Source of the DNA: Candidatus Latescibacterota bacterium
GTDB lineage: Bacteria; Latescibacterota; UBA2968; GCA-2709665
Assembly (NCBI GenBank): GCA_965116875.1
Contig: OZ220733.1
Span: 2,272,001-2,336,000 of the forward strand
Direction: 5' to 3'
DNA length: 64,000 bases
The notes under the pieces were generated by a model that did no database searches, had not been told where the DNA came from, and was given only the letters and a program-made list of their open reading frames with translations. Position 1 is the stretch's first letter. The number at the start of each line of letters is the position of its first letter. The position numbers and the translations under genes were made by a program. Shown one piece after another: positions 49,010-60,100 of this stretch.

Positions 49010-51145
49010 ATGGCAAATCGAGAGCAACAGGTATTGATCGTCGAAAGCGACGCGAAACGCGCTACCGATCTGTCGTCCTATTTATCGAAAAACGGATATT
49101 CGGTCTCCGCGGCAGTTTCCTGCGGGCGCGAGGCCGTTGGATCTGCCGAAAGCGCGCGCCCGGACGTGGCGCTGGTGGACATCAACCTTCGCGGAGACCC
49201 GGACGGACCGGACGTCGGCAACCAATTGGCCGGACGGTTCGACGTTCCGGTCCTGTACCTGACGGACGTTTCCAGCGGAGACCTGTTTGAACGTGCGCGG
49301 GCAACCGGACCGTTCGGTTATCTGCTGAGGCCGTTCGATTTACGGCAACTGCACCTGGACATTCAGGCCGCGCTCCACGCGCGCTGCAGGGAAAGCCGGC
49401 TAAGAGACTCTGCAAGGCGTCTGAAACGGATTATCGGCAAATACAGGAATCTGACCCGGCTCATGAAAACCGTGTTCAACAGCATGAGCGAGGGCGTTAT
49501 TGCCGTAGACGTCAACCGGAGGCCTCTCTTCAACAATTCGAGCGCGCAGCGAATCGGCGGCGACTATCCACTGGAGAAAGACCTCGACAAGTGGCCTGAA
49601 AAATACGGCATTTTCCAACCCGACCGGAAGACGCTGGTTCTGGCGGACGAGACCCCTCCGGCGCTTGCGGTGAAAGGCATATCCACGGACGGCGTCGAGA
49701 TGTTCATCCGCAACGAAAAAAAACCCGACGGCGTTCACGTCAGCGTCAGCGGTCGACCCCTCCTCGGAAAAGGGGGCGTCTTGAACGGCGGCGTGATCGT
49801 CGGCCGGGACGTCACCAGGCTTAAGCAGGCGGAAGCCGAATTGGAACGGACGATTGAGCGGCTGAAAGAGCAGGCCCAACTGATGGATACGGTGTTCAAC
49901 AGCATGGACGAGGGAGTCGTTGCCGTGGACGAGACCGGCCGAATCCTGGTCTCCAATTCAAGCGCACGTCGAATCGGGGGCGATCTTCCACTGGTGAAGG
50001 AAATCTGGAAATGGGCTGAAATCTACGGTGTTTTTCTTCCGGACGGCAAGACGCCGTTTCCATTCGAGAAGAGTCCAGTGGCTTCGGCGCTCCGGGGCAA
50101 AGCGACCGACGAGGTCGATGCGCTTATTCGCAACGAATTCAGGCCCGAAGGCGTACAAATTCGGATCCGAAGCAGACCCCTTCTGGGAGAAGGCGGTATC
50201 TCCCGGGGAGCGGTGCTCGTGTTCCGGGACATCACTGACAGCGTGGCTGCGGAGGAGGCGATCGAACGAGCATTCGACCAGGGCCGTTTGGAGATGGTCG
50301 ATACCATTCTGCACAACATCGGCAACGCCATGAACAGCGTCACCACGGGTATCGAAACCGTGCGCAGGAATCTCCTTACCAACCGTGCTGGAAGGCGACT
50401 ATCGGCGCTGTCCGAAGCAATCACGGCGCACCGAAACGACTGGGTCGCCTACATAGAAACCGATCCTCAAGGCCGGAGAGTACTGCCGTTCGTCATCGAA
50501 CTTGCAGAAGACTTCGACCGGCTCAACAATGATCTCATGAGAACCGTGGGACGCGTCAGGGACCAGGCAAGTCATATCGCAGACATCATCCGCACCCAGA
50601 AAGCGCTAGACCTTTCCGATATGGACCGCAAGGACATCGACCTTCACGAAGCACTATCGGGCGCCTTCCGGGTGTTGCGGGAATCCCTCAACAGAAGGGG
50701 GATCCGAACCGACGTGGACTGCGGGAACGCGCCGCATGAGATCCGTGTTCGGGAGAGCCAGTTCCACCAGATGCTGGTCAATCTGATAAAAAACGCGATC
50801 GAAGCCATCGATGAGCTCGACATCAAGGGGGCAAATCGTGGAACGCCCCGAATCCATATCGGCGCCGGGATTGAGCGGGGCGAGCTCGTTATCGAGGTTA
50901 TGGACACAGGCATCGGGATCGATGCCAAAGACGCCCGGAAACTCTTTATGCCGGGATTCACCACGAAGGAGTCCGGAACCGGGCTGGGCTTGCACTCGGC
51001 GGCCAATTTCGTCATTGCCTGCGGTGGACGAATTGAGCCGATAAGCGAAGGTCCCGGAAACGGTGCGACCATCCGCGTCACGCTGCCGCTTTCCACTGTT
51101 GCGCCCCACGTAACATCCGGTAGCACGACCACGTGGCGCCCGTGA
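49010..51145 (+). CDS. Cytoplasmic hybrid sensor kinase REC-PAS-PAS-HisKA-HATPase
   Basis: VLIVE..LVDINL receiver; two FNSMxEGV PAS domains; LHNIGNAM H-box, NLIKNA, DTGIGI, GTGLGL. Confidence 0.9.
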   Translation: MANREQQVLIVESDAKRATDLSSYLSKNGYSVSAAVSCGREAVGSAESARPDVALVDINLRGDPDGPDVGNQLAGRFDVPVLYLTDVSSGDLFERARATGPFGYLLRPFDLRQLHLDIQAALHARCRESRLRDSARRLKRIIGKYRNLTRLMKTVFNSMSEGVIAVDVNRRPLFNNSSAQRIGGDYPLEKDLDKWPEKYGIFQPDRKTLVLADETPPALAVKGISTDGVEMFIRNEKKPDGVHVSVSGRPLLGKGGVLNGGVIVGRDVTRLKQAEAELERTIERLKEQAQLMDTVFNSMDEGVVAVDETGRILVSNSSARRIGGDLPLVKEIWKWAEIYGVFLPDGKTPFPFEKSPVASALRGKATDEVDALIRNEFRPEGVQIRIRSRPLLGEGGISRGAVLVFRDITDSVAAEEAIERAFDQGRLEMVDTILHNIGNAMNSVTTGIETVRRNLLTNRAGRRLSALSEAITAHRNDWVAYIETDPQGRRVLPFVIELAEDFDRLNNDLMRTVGRVRDQASHIADIIRTQKALDLSDMDRKDIDLHEALSGAFRVLRESLNRRGIRTDVDCGNAPHEIRVRESQFHQMLVNLIKNAIEAIDELDIKGANRGTPRIHIGAGIERGELVIEVMDTGIGIDAKDARKLFMPGFTTKESGTGLGLHSAANFVIACGGRIEPISEGPGNGATIRVTLPLSTVAPHVTSGSTTTWRP

Positions 51146-51245
51146 TCGTTGCGCCCGTACGCAACACGACCGTTATGGACAGCATGAATGCCATATCGTC
51201 CGAGACGCGTCGTGCAATGATCCGGCTCTCACCGATGTATCGAAT

Positions 51246-51401
51246 TGTGTTGCAAAATGCGACATGATGTGCAATTTGCAACACACGTTTATTCTCCTCA
51301 GCGGCCTGAGATCCATAGAACTTTTATTTCCAATAATTTATCACAATTGAATCGCCGCTGGCTCTCCTGGTCCGTGGATGTGCGACGTTGCAAATTGCGT
51401 C
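51246..51401. promoter_or_regulatory. Enhancer cluster (TGCA-N3-TGCA sites) upstream of sigma54 promoter 1
   Basis: TGTGTTGCAAA...TTTGCAACACA inverted repeat 51246-51285; GTTGCAAATTGCG at 51387-51399. Confidence 0.7.
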
Positions 51402-51478
51402 CAATCACATTCCGCCGCAGATGCCAGGAGACCATCCAACTCGTTTATTTTCAGTAAATTGAAATTTTCATTATCTGT

Positions 51479-51494
51479 CGGCACGGGATGTGCA
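51479..51494 (+). promoter_or_regulatory. Sigma54 promoter 1
   Basis: CGGCACGGGATGTGCA, GG-N10-GC. Confidence 0.65.
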
Positions 51495-51582
51495 TGTCTC
51501 CAACGGTCAGGAGTGGGTCCTGAGTTGCCGTAAACAGGCAGTTAAAAATGACCTGTTGTCCGTTCATTCAGAAGGTTTCTCG

Positions 51583-53472
51583 ATGAAAGAGGGTAAATTC
51601 AAAAACACGCGCGTTCTGATCGTGGACGACCAGCCCGAGATACACGACGACTTTGCGGAGATGTTGACGCCGAGCGTGGCAAACCCGTCGGCCGATGATC
51701 TGGCGGCGGCCTTCCTGGACGAGACAGAGGTGAGCTTTCTGCCCGAGTTTGAATTGCTGCACGCCAGCAACGGGGAACAGGCATGCGAACTCATCCATAA
51801 AGGAAAGGAATCGAGCCGCCCCATCGCCCTGGCGTACATCGACATCAGAATGCCTCCCGGCATGGACGGTGTGGAGACGATACGCAGGATACGGCTGATC
51901 GATCGGGAAATCGAAGTCGTCGTCATGACCGCGTACACGGACAGGTCTCTGCCCGGAATCGTCGAAGAGTTGGATCTGATGCACAAAACACTATACGTCA
52001 GAAAGCCATTTACCCACGAGGAGATTCAACAGATCACGCTGTCCCTCGTCGCCAAGTGGAACATCGAGAGGGAGCTTGAGCGGAAACGACGTCAGTTGAC
52101 CGACAGCCACAGAAGGCTCGAGGCTGTGCTCAACGCCACCGGAGACGCGATCGCGATGTACAATGTCTCGGGACGCCTGGTTTACGTCAACGGGGCATAC
52201 GAGAGGTTGCTGGGTATGAAGGCAAGAGCCCTGATGGATCTGTCATCCGAAGATCTCGCAGCACGTTTCAAGAAGCGTTTTCGAGAGCTCGATCCGCGCC
52301 CGGAGAAGGACGGATCCCCACCCGACAACGTCAATCTCATAGAAACAACCGGGGTGGGCAATGAGCCGAATCGACGGTATTTCTTCAACTCGGCGGCGCA
52401 GGTGCGCAATGACGAAGGCGTGGTCATTGGAAGTCTCGTGGTCTGCCGGGACGTCTCCACCGAGCACCGGGGCCAACGGAAAGCGGCGAATGCCACAGAC
52501 CTTCGAAGGGCAGCGGAGACCACGACCTCCTTTGCGGGAATGGTGGGCGGCAGTCCCGAAATGCGTCGCGTCTACAAACTGATGAAGAGGGCAGCAGAAA
52601 GCGACATTACGGTGCTCATCCAGGGCGAGAGCGGCACAGGCAAAGAACTGGTTGCCCGCTCGTTTCACGTGACCAGTTCGCGAAACGAAGGACCGTTCGT
52701 TGCGCTCGACTGCGCTGCCATCCCCGCATCCCTGATTGAAAGCGAGTTATTCGGACACGAGAAGGGCGCATTCACCGGCGCGATAACCAGAAGGATCGGT
52801 GCTTTCGAGCGAGCCGACAAGGGCACGATTTTTTTCGATGAAATAGGCGATCTGCCTTTGGACGTGCAGGCGAAGCTGTTGAGGGTCTTACAGGAGCGTG
52901 AAATCCAGCGGATCGGCGGCGCATCGCCAATTCCGGTCGATATCCGTATCGTAACGGCAACCAACAAAAACCTCGAGAATGCGGTAAAGGCGGGTGATTT
53001 TCGCGAGGATCTGTTCTATCGCGTGGCGGCTTTCCCGATTATGATTCCTCCTCTGAGAAAGCGGCGTGAGGACATTCCGCTTCTGGCCGAACACTTTGTG
53101 AAGAGATGCGCAGAGAGCCTCCATAAGTCGATCGACGGTATATCAAAAACAGCACGGAGTCTGATATCCAGGTACGACTGGCCCGGCAACGTGCGCGAAC
53201 TGGAGAATGCCATCCAGCGCGCGGTACTGTTGGAGACGTCTCCGGTGCTCCAGGCTTCCAACCTTCCGCCAAAGCTCTCACCTGTTATCAAATCCGCGCA
53301 ACCTGACGGAAGGCCGGCTACCGTCCTTCCCTTGGCCGAGGTTGAGCGACAGGCGCTGCTCCGCGCGCTGGAGGCCGCGGACAACAGCCCGAAAGAAGCG
53401 GCCGACGCCCTGGGCATCCACCGGACAACCCTGCACCGAAAAATGAAGAAATATAACATCGATATCGACTGA
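51583..53472 (+). CDS. Sigma54 enhancer-binding protein REC-PAS-AAA+-HTH
   Basis: VLIVDD...DIRMPPG receiver; PAS; [28 protein letters not shown]; Fis-type HTH. Confidence 0.93.
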   Translation: MKEGKFKNTRVLIVDDQPEIHDDFAEMLTPSVANPSADDLAAAFLDETEVSFLPEFELLHASNGEQACELIHKGKESSRPIALAYIDIRMPPGMDGVETIRRIRLIDREIEVVVMTAYTDRSLPGIVEELDLMHKTLYVRKPFTHEEIQQITLSLVAKWNIERELERKRRQLTDSHRRLEAVLNATGDAIAMYNVSGRLVYVNGAYERLLGMKARALMDLSSEDLAARFKKRFRELDPRPEKDGSPPDNVNLIETTGVGNEPNRRYFFNSAAQVRNDEGVVIGSLVVCRDVSTEHRGQRKAANATDLRRAAETTTSFAGMVGGSPEMRRVYKLMKRAAESDITVLIQGESGTGKELVARSFHVTSSRNEGPFVALDCAAIPASLIESELFGHEKGAFTGAITRRIGAFERADKGTIFFDEIGDLPLDVQAKLLRVLQEREIQRIGGASPIPVDIRIVTATNKNLENAVKAGDFREDLFYRVAAFPIMIPPLRKRREDIPLLAEHFVKRCAESLHKSIDGISKTARSLISRYDWPGNVRELENAIQRAVLLETSPVLQASNLPPKLSPVIKSAQPDGRPATVLPLAEVERQALLRALEAADNSPKEAADALGIHRTTLHRKMKKYNIDID

Positions 53473-53826
53473 ACCGGCGCGGGCAATGGACACTGCGTTA
53501 CCAACCTGGGATCCCGTTTCGAGGGCGAATCTGCGAGCCCTCAGCAATTCGCTCCCGCCGGAGAACGAAGCACGCCTCGTCCTTGCCGCACCTTACCTTC
53601 CAAAAAGGCTTCAACAATCCCCTCCCAGCGTTCCCCCGGTCTCGAATTCCTGCCATGTTTGTCGCAAAACGCACCAGGCGTTGCAAATTACAGCCTGCAA
53701 CGCAAAATGCACCACGATTCCCTTCCTCCGGTCTGATTTCCTCCATAAGAGACGTACAAACATACATGAAATCGAAATACCGGTTTCGTATACACGGCGG
53801 CAGTCATGATTCGGACTATCGTGTTC

Positions 53827-53945
53827 GATATATACTATTTATAATATGATCCCGCGCTTTGATGCGTGCGAGTCACACCGGAACAGCCTGAATGTCGGTG
53901 TTACGTGTGTGTTGCGATTATGAGATATATACTATTTACAATATG
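53827..53945. repeat. 22-bp AT-rich direct repeat (53827-53848 and 53924-53945)
   Basis: GATATATACTATTTA(T/C)AATATG twice, one mismatch. Confidence 0.75.
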
Positions 53946-54100
53946 TCTATCCTGGTGCGCCAGAGATCCATACGGTGGTCCCCAGGCCCACGTCTTCAAC
54001 GACGCGTGGATCCATTACCGCAATGGAAACGCCTCGCAACCGGCGAATACGAAGAACCGTCTTCAGGCCCCCTCCCGGTCGAATTCCTCGATTGGAACAA

Positions 54101-54276
54101 TGTTGCAAAATGCGACATATGCAACAAACTGCAACACGACCTACCCGTCAACTCTGAAGAGTTCTCCACTGTTTTGTTTCTTGTCTCTCTAAAGTCCTTA
54201 TTAACAAATATATAAATCGTCATCCATTCTCTGTGGAAATGCCGTCTCAGGGGTTTCATGCGTGCATCTTGCAACA
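54101..54276. promoter_or_regulatory. Enhancer cluster upstream of sigma54 promoter 2
   Basis: TGTTGCAAAATGCGACAT identical to 51248-51265; GCGTGCATCTTGCAACA at 54260-54276. Confidence 0.72.
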
Positions 54277-54353
54277 ATTTACAATGTCCGAAGTCAGTCT
54301 GGAAACAGGTATAAGATTTTAATTAACAATAAATTACCAAATATATATGATTC

Positions 54354-54369
54354 TGGTACGAAATTTGCA
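54354..54369 (+). promoter_or_regulatory. Sigma54 promoter 2
   Basis: TGGTACGAAATTTGCA, GG-N10-GC, preceded by AT-rich tract. Confidence 0.78.
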
Positions 54370-54511
54370 TATCTGTGGGCAATGTCGGCTGAATCTAATA
54401 TGAATGTGATCAGAGTCGTACCGGTTCGAATAAGCGTTACCGGATTTTTTTTCATCGTCAGGCAGGGCCACGCAACCCGGCCGGTCGGTCGCCGCTCAAG
54501 AGGTCACCAGG

Positions 54512-56753
54512 ATGTCCAATGCAAGGATACTGATCGTCGAGGACGACGTCACCGGCGCCGCTCGGCTGGAGGAATGTCTGAAAAACCTCGGATACATGGT
54601 GTGTGCCGTGGTTTCCGGGGGGCTCGAGGCCATCGAGAAAGCCCGGCAGACCCGTCCCGACCTGGCCCTGGTCGACCTCGAGCTCGAAGGGGAGGTGAGC
54701 GGACCGGAAACGGCCGAGCGCATCGGCAGCCGGCTCCACGTTCCGGTAGTGTTCCTCACGGACAAGGCTGACTTGGAATTGTTGCAGCGGGCGCAGGCGA
54801 GCCGCCCGTACGGGTACGTACAGAGGCCGTTAGAAGCGCGTCAGCTGCACTTGAACATCCTGACCGCCGTCTCCATGGCCGAGAGGGAACGCGGTCACCG
54901 CGAGACGAAGACCCGGCTGAAACGGATCATCAGGAAATACAAGGACCTGATCCGGCTGATGAAAGCCGTGTTCAACAGCATGAGCGAGGGCGTGATCGCC
55001 ATCAATGAGAACAAGATACCCATTTTCAACAATTCGAGTGCGAGAAAGATGGGCGGAGAGAATCCGCTGGATAAGGACATCCACACATGGGCCGAAAAGT
55101 ACGGACTCTACAAACCCGATGGAGAGACGATTTACAACGTGGAAGAGAGTCCGGTGATTGCGGCCCTGAACGGCCAGGCCACCGACCCGGTCGAGATGTT
55201 CGTACGCAACGAGACGAAGCCGGAAGGCGTTCATGTCAGCCTAGACTGCAGCCCCCTTTGGGGTAGCGCAGGTGATTCGAAGGGAGCCCTGATTGTCCTC
55301 CGCGACATCACCTGGCTCAAGAAGGCGGAAGCCAGGCTGGAACGGACGGTAGGCCGGCTGCAAGACCAGACCCGGCTCATGGAAACCGTCTTCGACAGCA
55401 TGAGCGAGGCCGTCCTGGTCATCGATGAGAATGGCGAGCCGCTGATTTTCAACTCGAGTTCGCAAGAGATGTTGGGCGTATCTGTGCTGGAAGGAGAAAT
55501 GAAAGGGTGGGCTGCCAGATACGGTGTACATGAATCCGATGGAGAGAGGTTCATCCCCATTCTCCCCCGGGATGATGGCGTCGTGCAGCGCGCCCTTCGC
55601 GGCAAGGCCACGGAGGGCATCGAACTGCTGATTCGCAATGAGCAGAGACCGGACGGCATCTATGTCAGAACGAACGTCAAACCCCTCGAGGGAAAGAAAG
55701 GGAGGTAGACCGACAGGGGTCGTGTTCGTCTCCCGCGACGTCACCAAAGAGGTCGAGGCCGAGAAGATGAAGTCCGAGGTGCTTCGCCTGCGCGCCGAAT
55801 TGGAAAGGGCCTCCCCCTTCACCGAGATCGTCGGCGACAGCCCCGGAATGCGAGAGGTGTACTCGCTGATGGAGCAGGCCTCTGAAGGCGATATCACGGT
55901 GCTCATTCAGGGCGAGACCGGTACCGGCAAGGAATTGGTGGCCAGGTCGATTCACTCCCATAGCGCGCGCAGGCAGGGGCCGTTTCTGGCTGTCGACTGC
56001 GCCGCCGTTCCCGAAACGCTCATTGAAAGCGAGTTGTTCGGACATGAACGAGGGGCTTTCACGGGAGCGACAGAGCGGAGAATCGGGGCTTTCGAGCATG
56101 CTGACGGGGGCACGATCCTCCTCGACGAGATCGGCGACATGCCATACGCGCTGCAAGCCAAGCTGTTGCGCGTCTTGCAGGAGCGGGAAATCCGGCGGGT
56201 GGGCGGAACCACTCAAATACCCATCGATATCCGGGTGGTAGCGGCCACCAACAAGGATCTGGATCGCGCAGAGAGAAAAGGCGAATTCCGCCAGGACCTG
56301 CTCTATCGCGTCTCGGCCTTCCCCATCGAGATTCCGCCGCTGAGAGAACGCCGCGAAGATATTCCCCTGCTGGCCAGACATTTCATCGATGGACACGCCA
56401 GACGCGCCGGCAAATCCATCAGTGGGATTTCCACCCTCGCCTTGCGCGTGTTGCGCGAGTACGATTGGCCGGGCAACGTGCGCGAACTGGAGAACGCCAT
56501 CGAGCGCGCCGTGCTGTTGGAGAAGACAGGTGAGTTGCAAGCAGCCAACCTGCCGTTCCAGCTGTCGCCCATCGATTCCGTAAAGAGCCTCTCAAAGTCA
56601 GGGCCCCTGTCGCTGGTCGAGGTCGAGCGGCAGGCCCTGATCCTCGCGCTCGAATTCACCGGCAACAACATCCCCAGGGCTGCCGGAGCGCTGGGTATCG
56701 ATCCGACGACGCTGCGACGAAAACTGAAGAGGTACGCCATCGCTAAGGACTAG
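54512..56753 (+). pseudogene. REC-PAS-PAS-sigma54 AAA+-HTH activator split by a frameshift at ~55693-55700
   Basis: ORF 54512-55708 (REC, 2 PAS) stops inside the last PAS strand; the +1 frame continues GGRPTGVVFVSRD into GETGTGKE/GAFTGA/HTH; AAAG is tandemly duplicated at the junction. Confidence 0.85.
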
Positions 56754-56810
56754 CATTACTTCAAAAAAACGCCTCCGGGCCGCTTTCCCTCCGCTGCAAA
56801 AGCCCCGTGT

Positions 56811-57021
56811 GCTGCAAAATGCCCGCACCCCCCTCTTTGTTTTATAACCCCTTTATAAACAGATAGTAACGTAATTATCTCAGTGGGAAAATGCCGTCTG
56901 AGCCAATTACGGCGTGCATTTTGCAGCATTTCCGCGCATCGCGCCACTCCCGGCATATTGCCATAAACCGTTAATTTACAATATGTTATATATATACGAC
57001 AAGACTGGCACGAAAATTGAC
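56811..57021 (+). promoter_or_regulatory. Enhancer sites plus sigma54-like promoter 3 of the giant surface protein
   Basis: GCTGCAAAATGCC (56811), GCGTGCATTTTGCAGCA (56912-56928), TGGCACGAAAATTGAC (57006-57021; -12 is GA, not GC). Confidence 0.62.
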
Positions 57022-57181
57022 ATGTATTTAACAGGCTATCAGGCAAATACTGTCGCAGAATGCGTCTCTACGGCAACAGACCCACATGCCGCGCGGATGC
57101 ACAAGCCGTCACGTGTCCCTCAGTTCGGTCGGATTTTTAAAAATCCATGTCTGTTGTGGACCAATAAAGACCATCGCAGTC

Positions 57182-60100
57182 TTGAAAACACAAATCTTCA
57201 CTCGCCTTTCACCATCCTCTCCGCTCGTACGGTTCATCGCCAGCCTGGTGTTCCTGGCATCGGCCGTCGCGGTGGATTCGCCGGCAGTCACAGCCGCCGA
57301 GACCGTGTCGGCGTCACTGAACGTCACCGGCGCGACGGCCGCCGAGGGCGACGGGAGCCTATCGTTCACCGTAAGCCTGAGCCAGGCAGCCGGCGACGCC
57401 GTGACCGTGGCCTGGACCACCTCCGACGGGACGGCAGAGGCCGGGTCGGACTACACGGCCGCCAGTGGCACGCTGACGTTCCCCGCCGACGGTGAGACGC
57501 TGAGCCGGACGATCACCGTGGCGGTCACCGACGACGCCGTGGACGAAGCCGACGAGACGTTCACCGTCACGCTGAGCGAGCCCTCGAACGCGACCCTGGC
57601 GACCGCCGCGGCCACCGCCACGATCACCGACGACGACGACCGCGGCGTGACGGTCTCTCCGACGGCGCTGACGGTGGACGAGGGCGGCGACAGCTTTTAC
57701 TCGGTTGTGCTGGCATCGCGGCCGACCGCCGACGTGACGGTGAGCGTGAGTGCGCCCTCCGGCACGGACGTGTCGGCCGATCCCACGACCCTGTCGTTCT
57801 CCGCCAGCACCTGGAACACCCCTCAAACGGTAACCGTATCTGCGGCGGCCGACGACGACGCGACAGCCGACGAGGCCGTGACGCTGACGCACGCGGTCAG
57901 CGGCGGCGACTACGACGGCGAGACCGCCGCCGATGTAACGGTCACGATCACCGAGACCGATACGCCGGCGCTGTCCATCTCGGACGCGACGGCCGCCGAG
58001 GGCGACGGGAGCGTATCGTTCACGGTAAGCCTGAGCCAGATCGGCAGCGACGACGTGACCGTGGGGTGGGCTACCACCGACGGCACGGCCACCGGCGACG
58101 ACTACACTGCGGTCAGTGGCACGCTGACGTTCAGCCCGGGCGAGACGCTTAGCCAGACGATCACCGTGGCCATAGCCGACGATCAGATAGACGAGGACGA
58201 CGAGACGTTTACCGTCACGCTGAGCGATCCGGCGAACGCGACGCTGGCGACGGCGACGGCCACGGGCACGATCACTGACGACGACACCCGCGGCGTGGCG
58301 GTCAGTCCGCAGACGCTGACGATGGACGAAGGCAGCGACGACACCTACGAGGTGGTGCTGGCCTCCCAGCCGACTGCCGACGTGACCGTGAGCGTGAGTG
58401 TGCCCTCCGATACGGATGTGTCGGTGGATCAGACGACTTTGACGTTCACCGCCAGCGACTGGAACACCGCGCAGACGGTCACGGTGAGTGCGGCCGCCGA
58501 CGACGACGTGATAGCCGACGACGACGTGACGCTGACTCATTCGGTCAGCGGCGGCGACTACGACAGCGCAAGTGCCGACGATGTGGTGGTGACCATCACC
58601 GAGACCGACACGGTGGAACTGAGCATAGCGGGTGGGAGTGCGGCCGAGGACGCCGGTAGTATCTCGTTCACCGTAAGCCTGAGCCAGATCGGCAGCGACG
58701 ACGTAACCGTGGGGTGGGCAACCGCCAACGGCACGGCCACTGCTGGCGATGACTACACCGCGGCCGACGGCACGCTGACGTTCAGCCCGGGCGAGACGCT
58801 TAGCCAGACGATCACCGTGGCCATAGCCGACGATCAGATAGACGAGGACGACGAGACGTTTACCGTTACGCTGAGCGATCCGGCCAACGCGACGCTGGCC
58901 ACGGCGACGGCCACGGGCACGATCACTGACGACGACACCCGCGGCGTGACGGTCAGTCCACAGACGCTGACGATGGACGAAGGCAGCGACGACACCTACG
59001 AGGTGGTGCTGGCCTCCCAGCCGACCGCCGAGGTGACCGTGAGCGTGAGTGTGCCCTCCGACACGGATGTATCGGTAGATCAGACGAGCTTGACATTTAC
59101 GGCGGACACTTGGAACACGGCGCAGACGGTCACGGTGAGTGCGGTCGACGACGACGATGTGATAGCCGACGACGACGTGACACTGACGCATTCAGTCAGC
59201 GGCGGCGACTACGACGGCGCAAGTGCCGACGATGTGGTGGTCACGATTGTCGAAACGGACACGGCGGAACTGAGCGTAGAGGGTGAGAGTGCGGCCGAGG
59301 ACGCCGGTAGTATCTCGTTCACCGTAAGCCTGAACACAGAAAGCAGCGACGCCGTGACCGTGGCGTGGACCACCGACGACGGCACCGCTACCGCTGGCGA
59401 CGACTACACCGCGGCCGACGGCACGCTGACGTTCAGCCCGGGCGAGACGCTCAGCCAGACCATCACCGTGACCATAGCCGACGATCAGATAGACGAAGCC
59501 GACGAGACGTTTACCGTCACGCTGAGCGATCCGGCGAACGCGACGCTGGCTGCCGCTTCGGCCACCGCCACGATCACCGACGACGACGTTCGCGGCGTGA
59601 CGGTGCGTCCGACGGCGCTGACGGTGGATGAGGGCGGCGACGATTCCTACGAGATCGCGCTGACCTCGCAGCCGACCGCCGACGTGACGGTGAGCGTGAG
59701 TGCGCCCTCCGGTACGGACGTTTCGGCCGCCCCCACGACGCTGACGTTCACCGCCGGCGACTGGAACACGCCCCAAACGGTAACCGTCAGTGCGGCCGAC
59801 GATGACGACGCGATCGCCGACGATCAGGTGACGCTGACGCACACGGTCAGCGGCGGCGACTACGACGGCGAGACCGCCGCCGATGTAACGGTCACGATCA
59901 CCGAGACCACGTTGCCGGAGCTGAACATTGCCGACACCACGGCCGTCGAGGGGGACGGCAGCCTGGTGTTCCGGGTGAGCCTGAGCCAGGCCGGCGGCGA
60001 GGCCGTGACCGTGGCCTGGACCAGCGTCGACGGCACGGCAGAGGCCGGTTCGGATTACACGGCCGCCAATGGCACGCTGACGTTCAGCCCGGACGATGGG

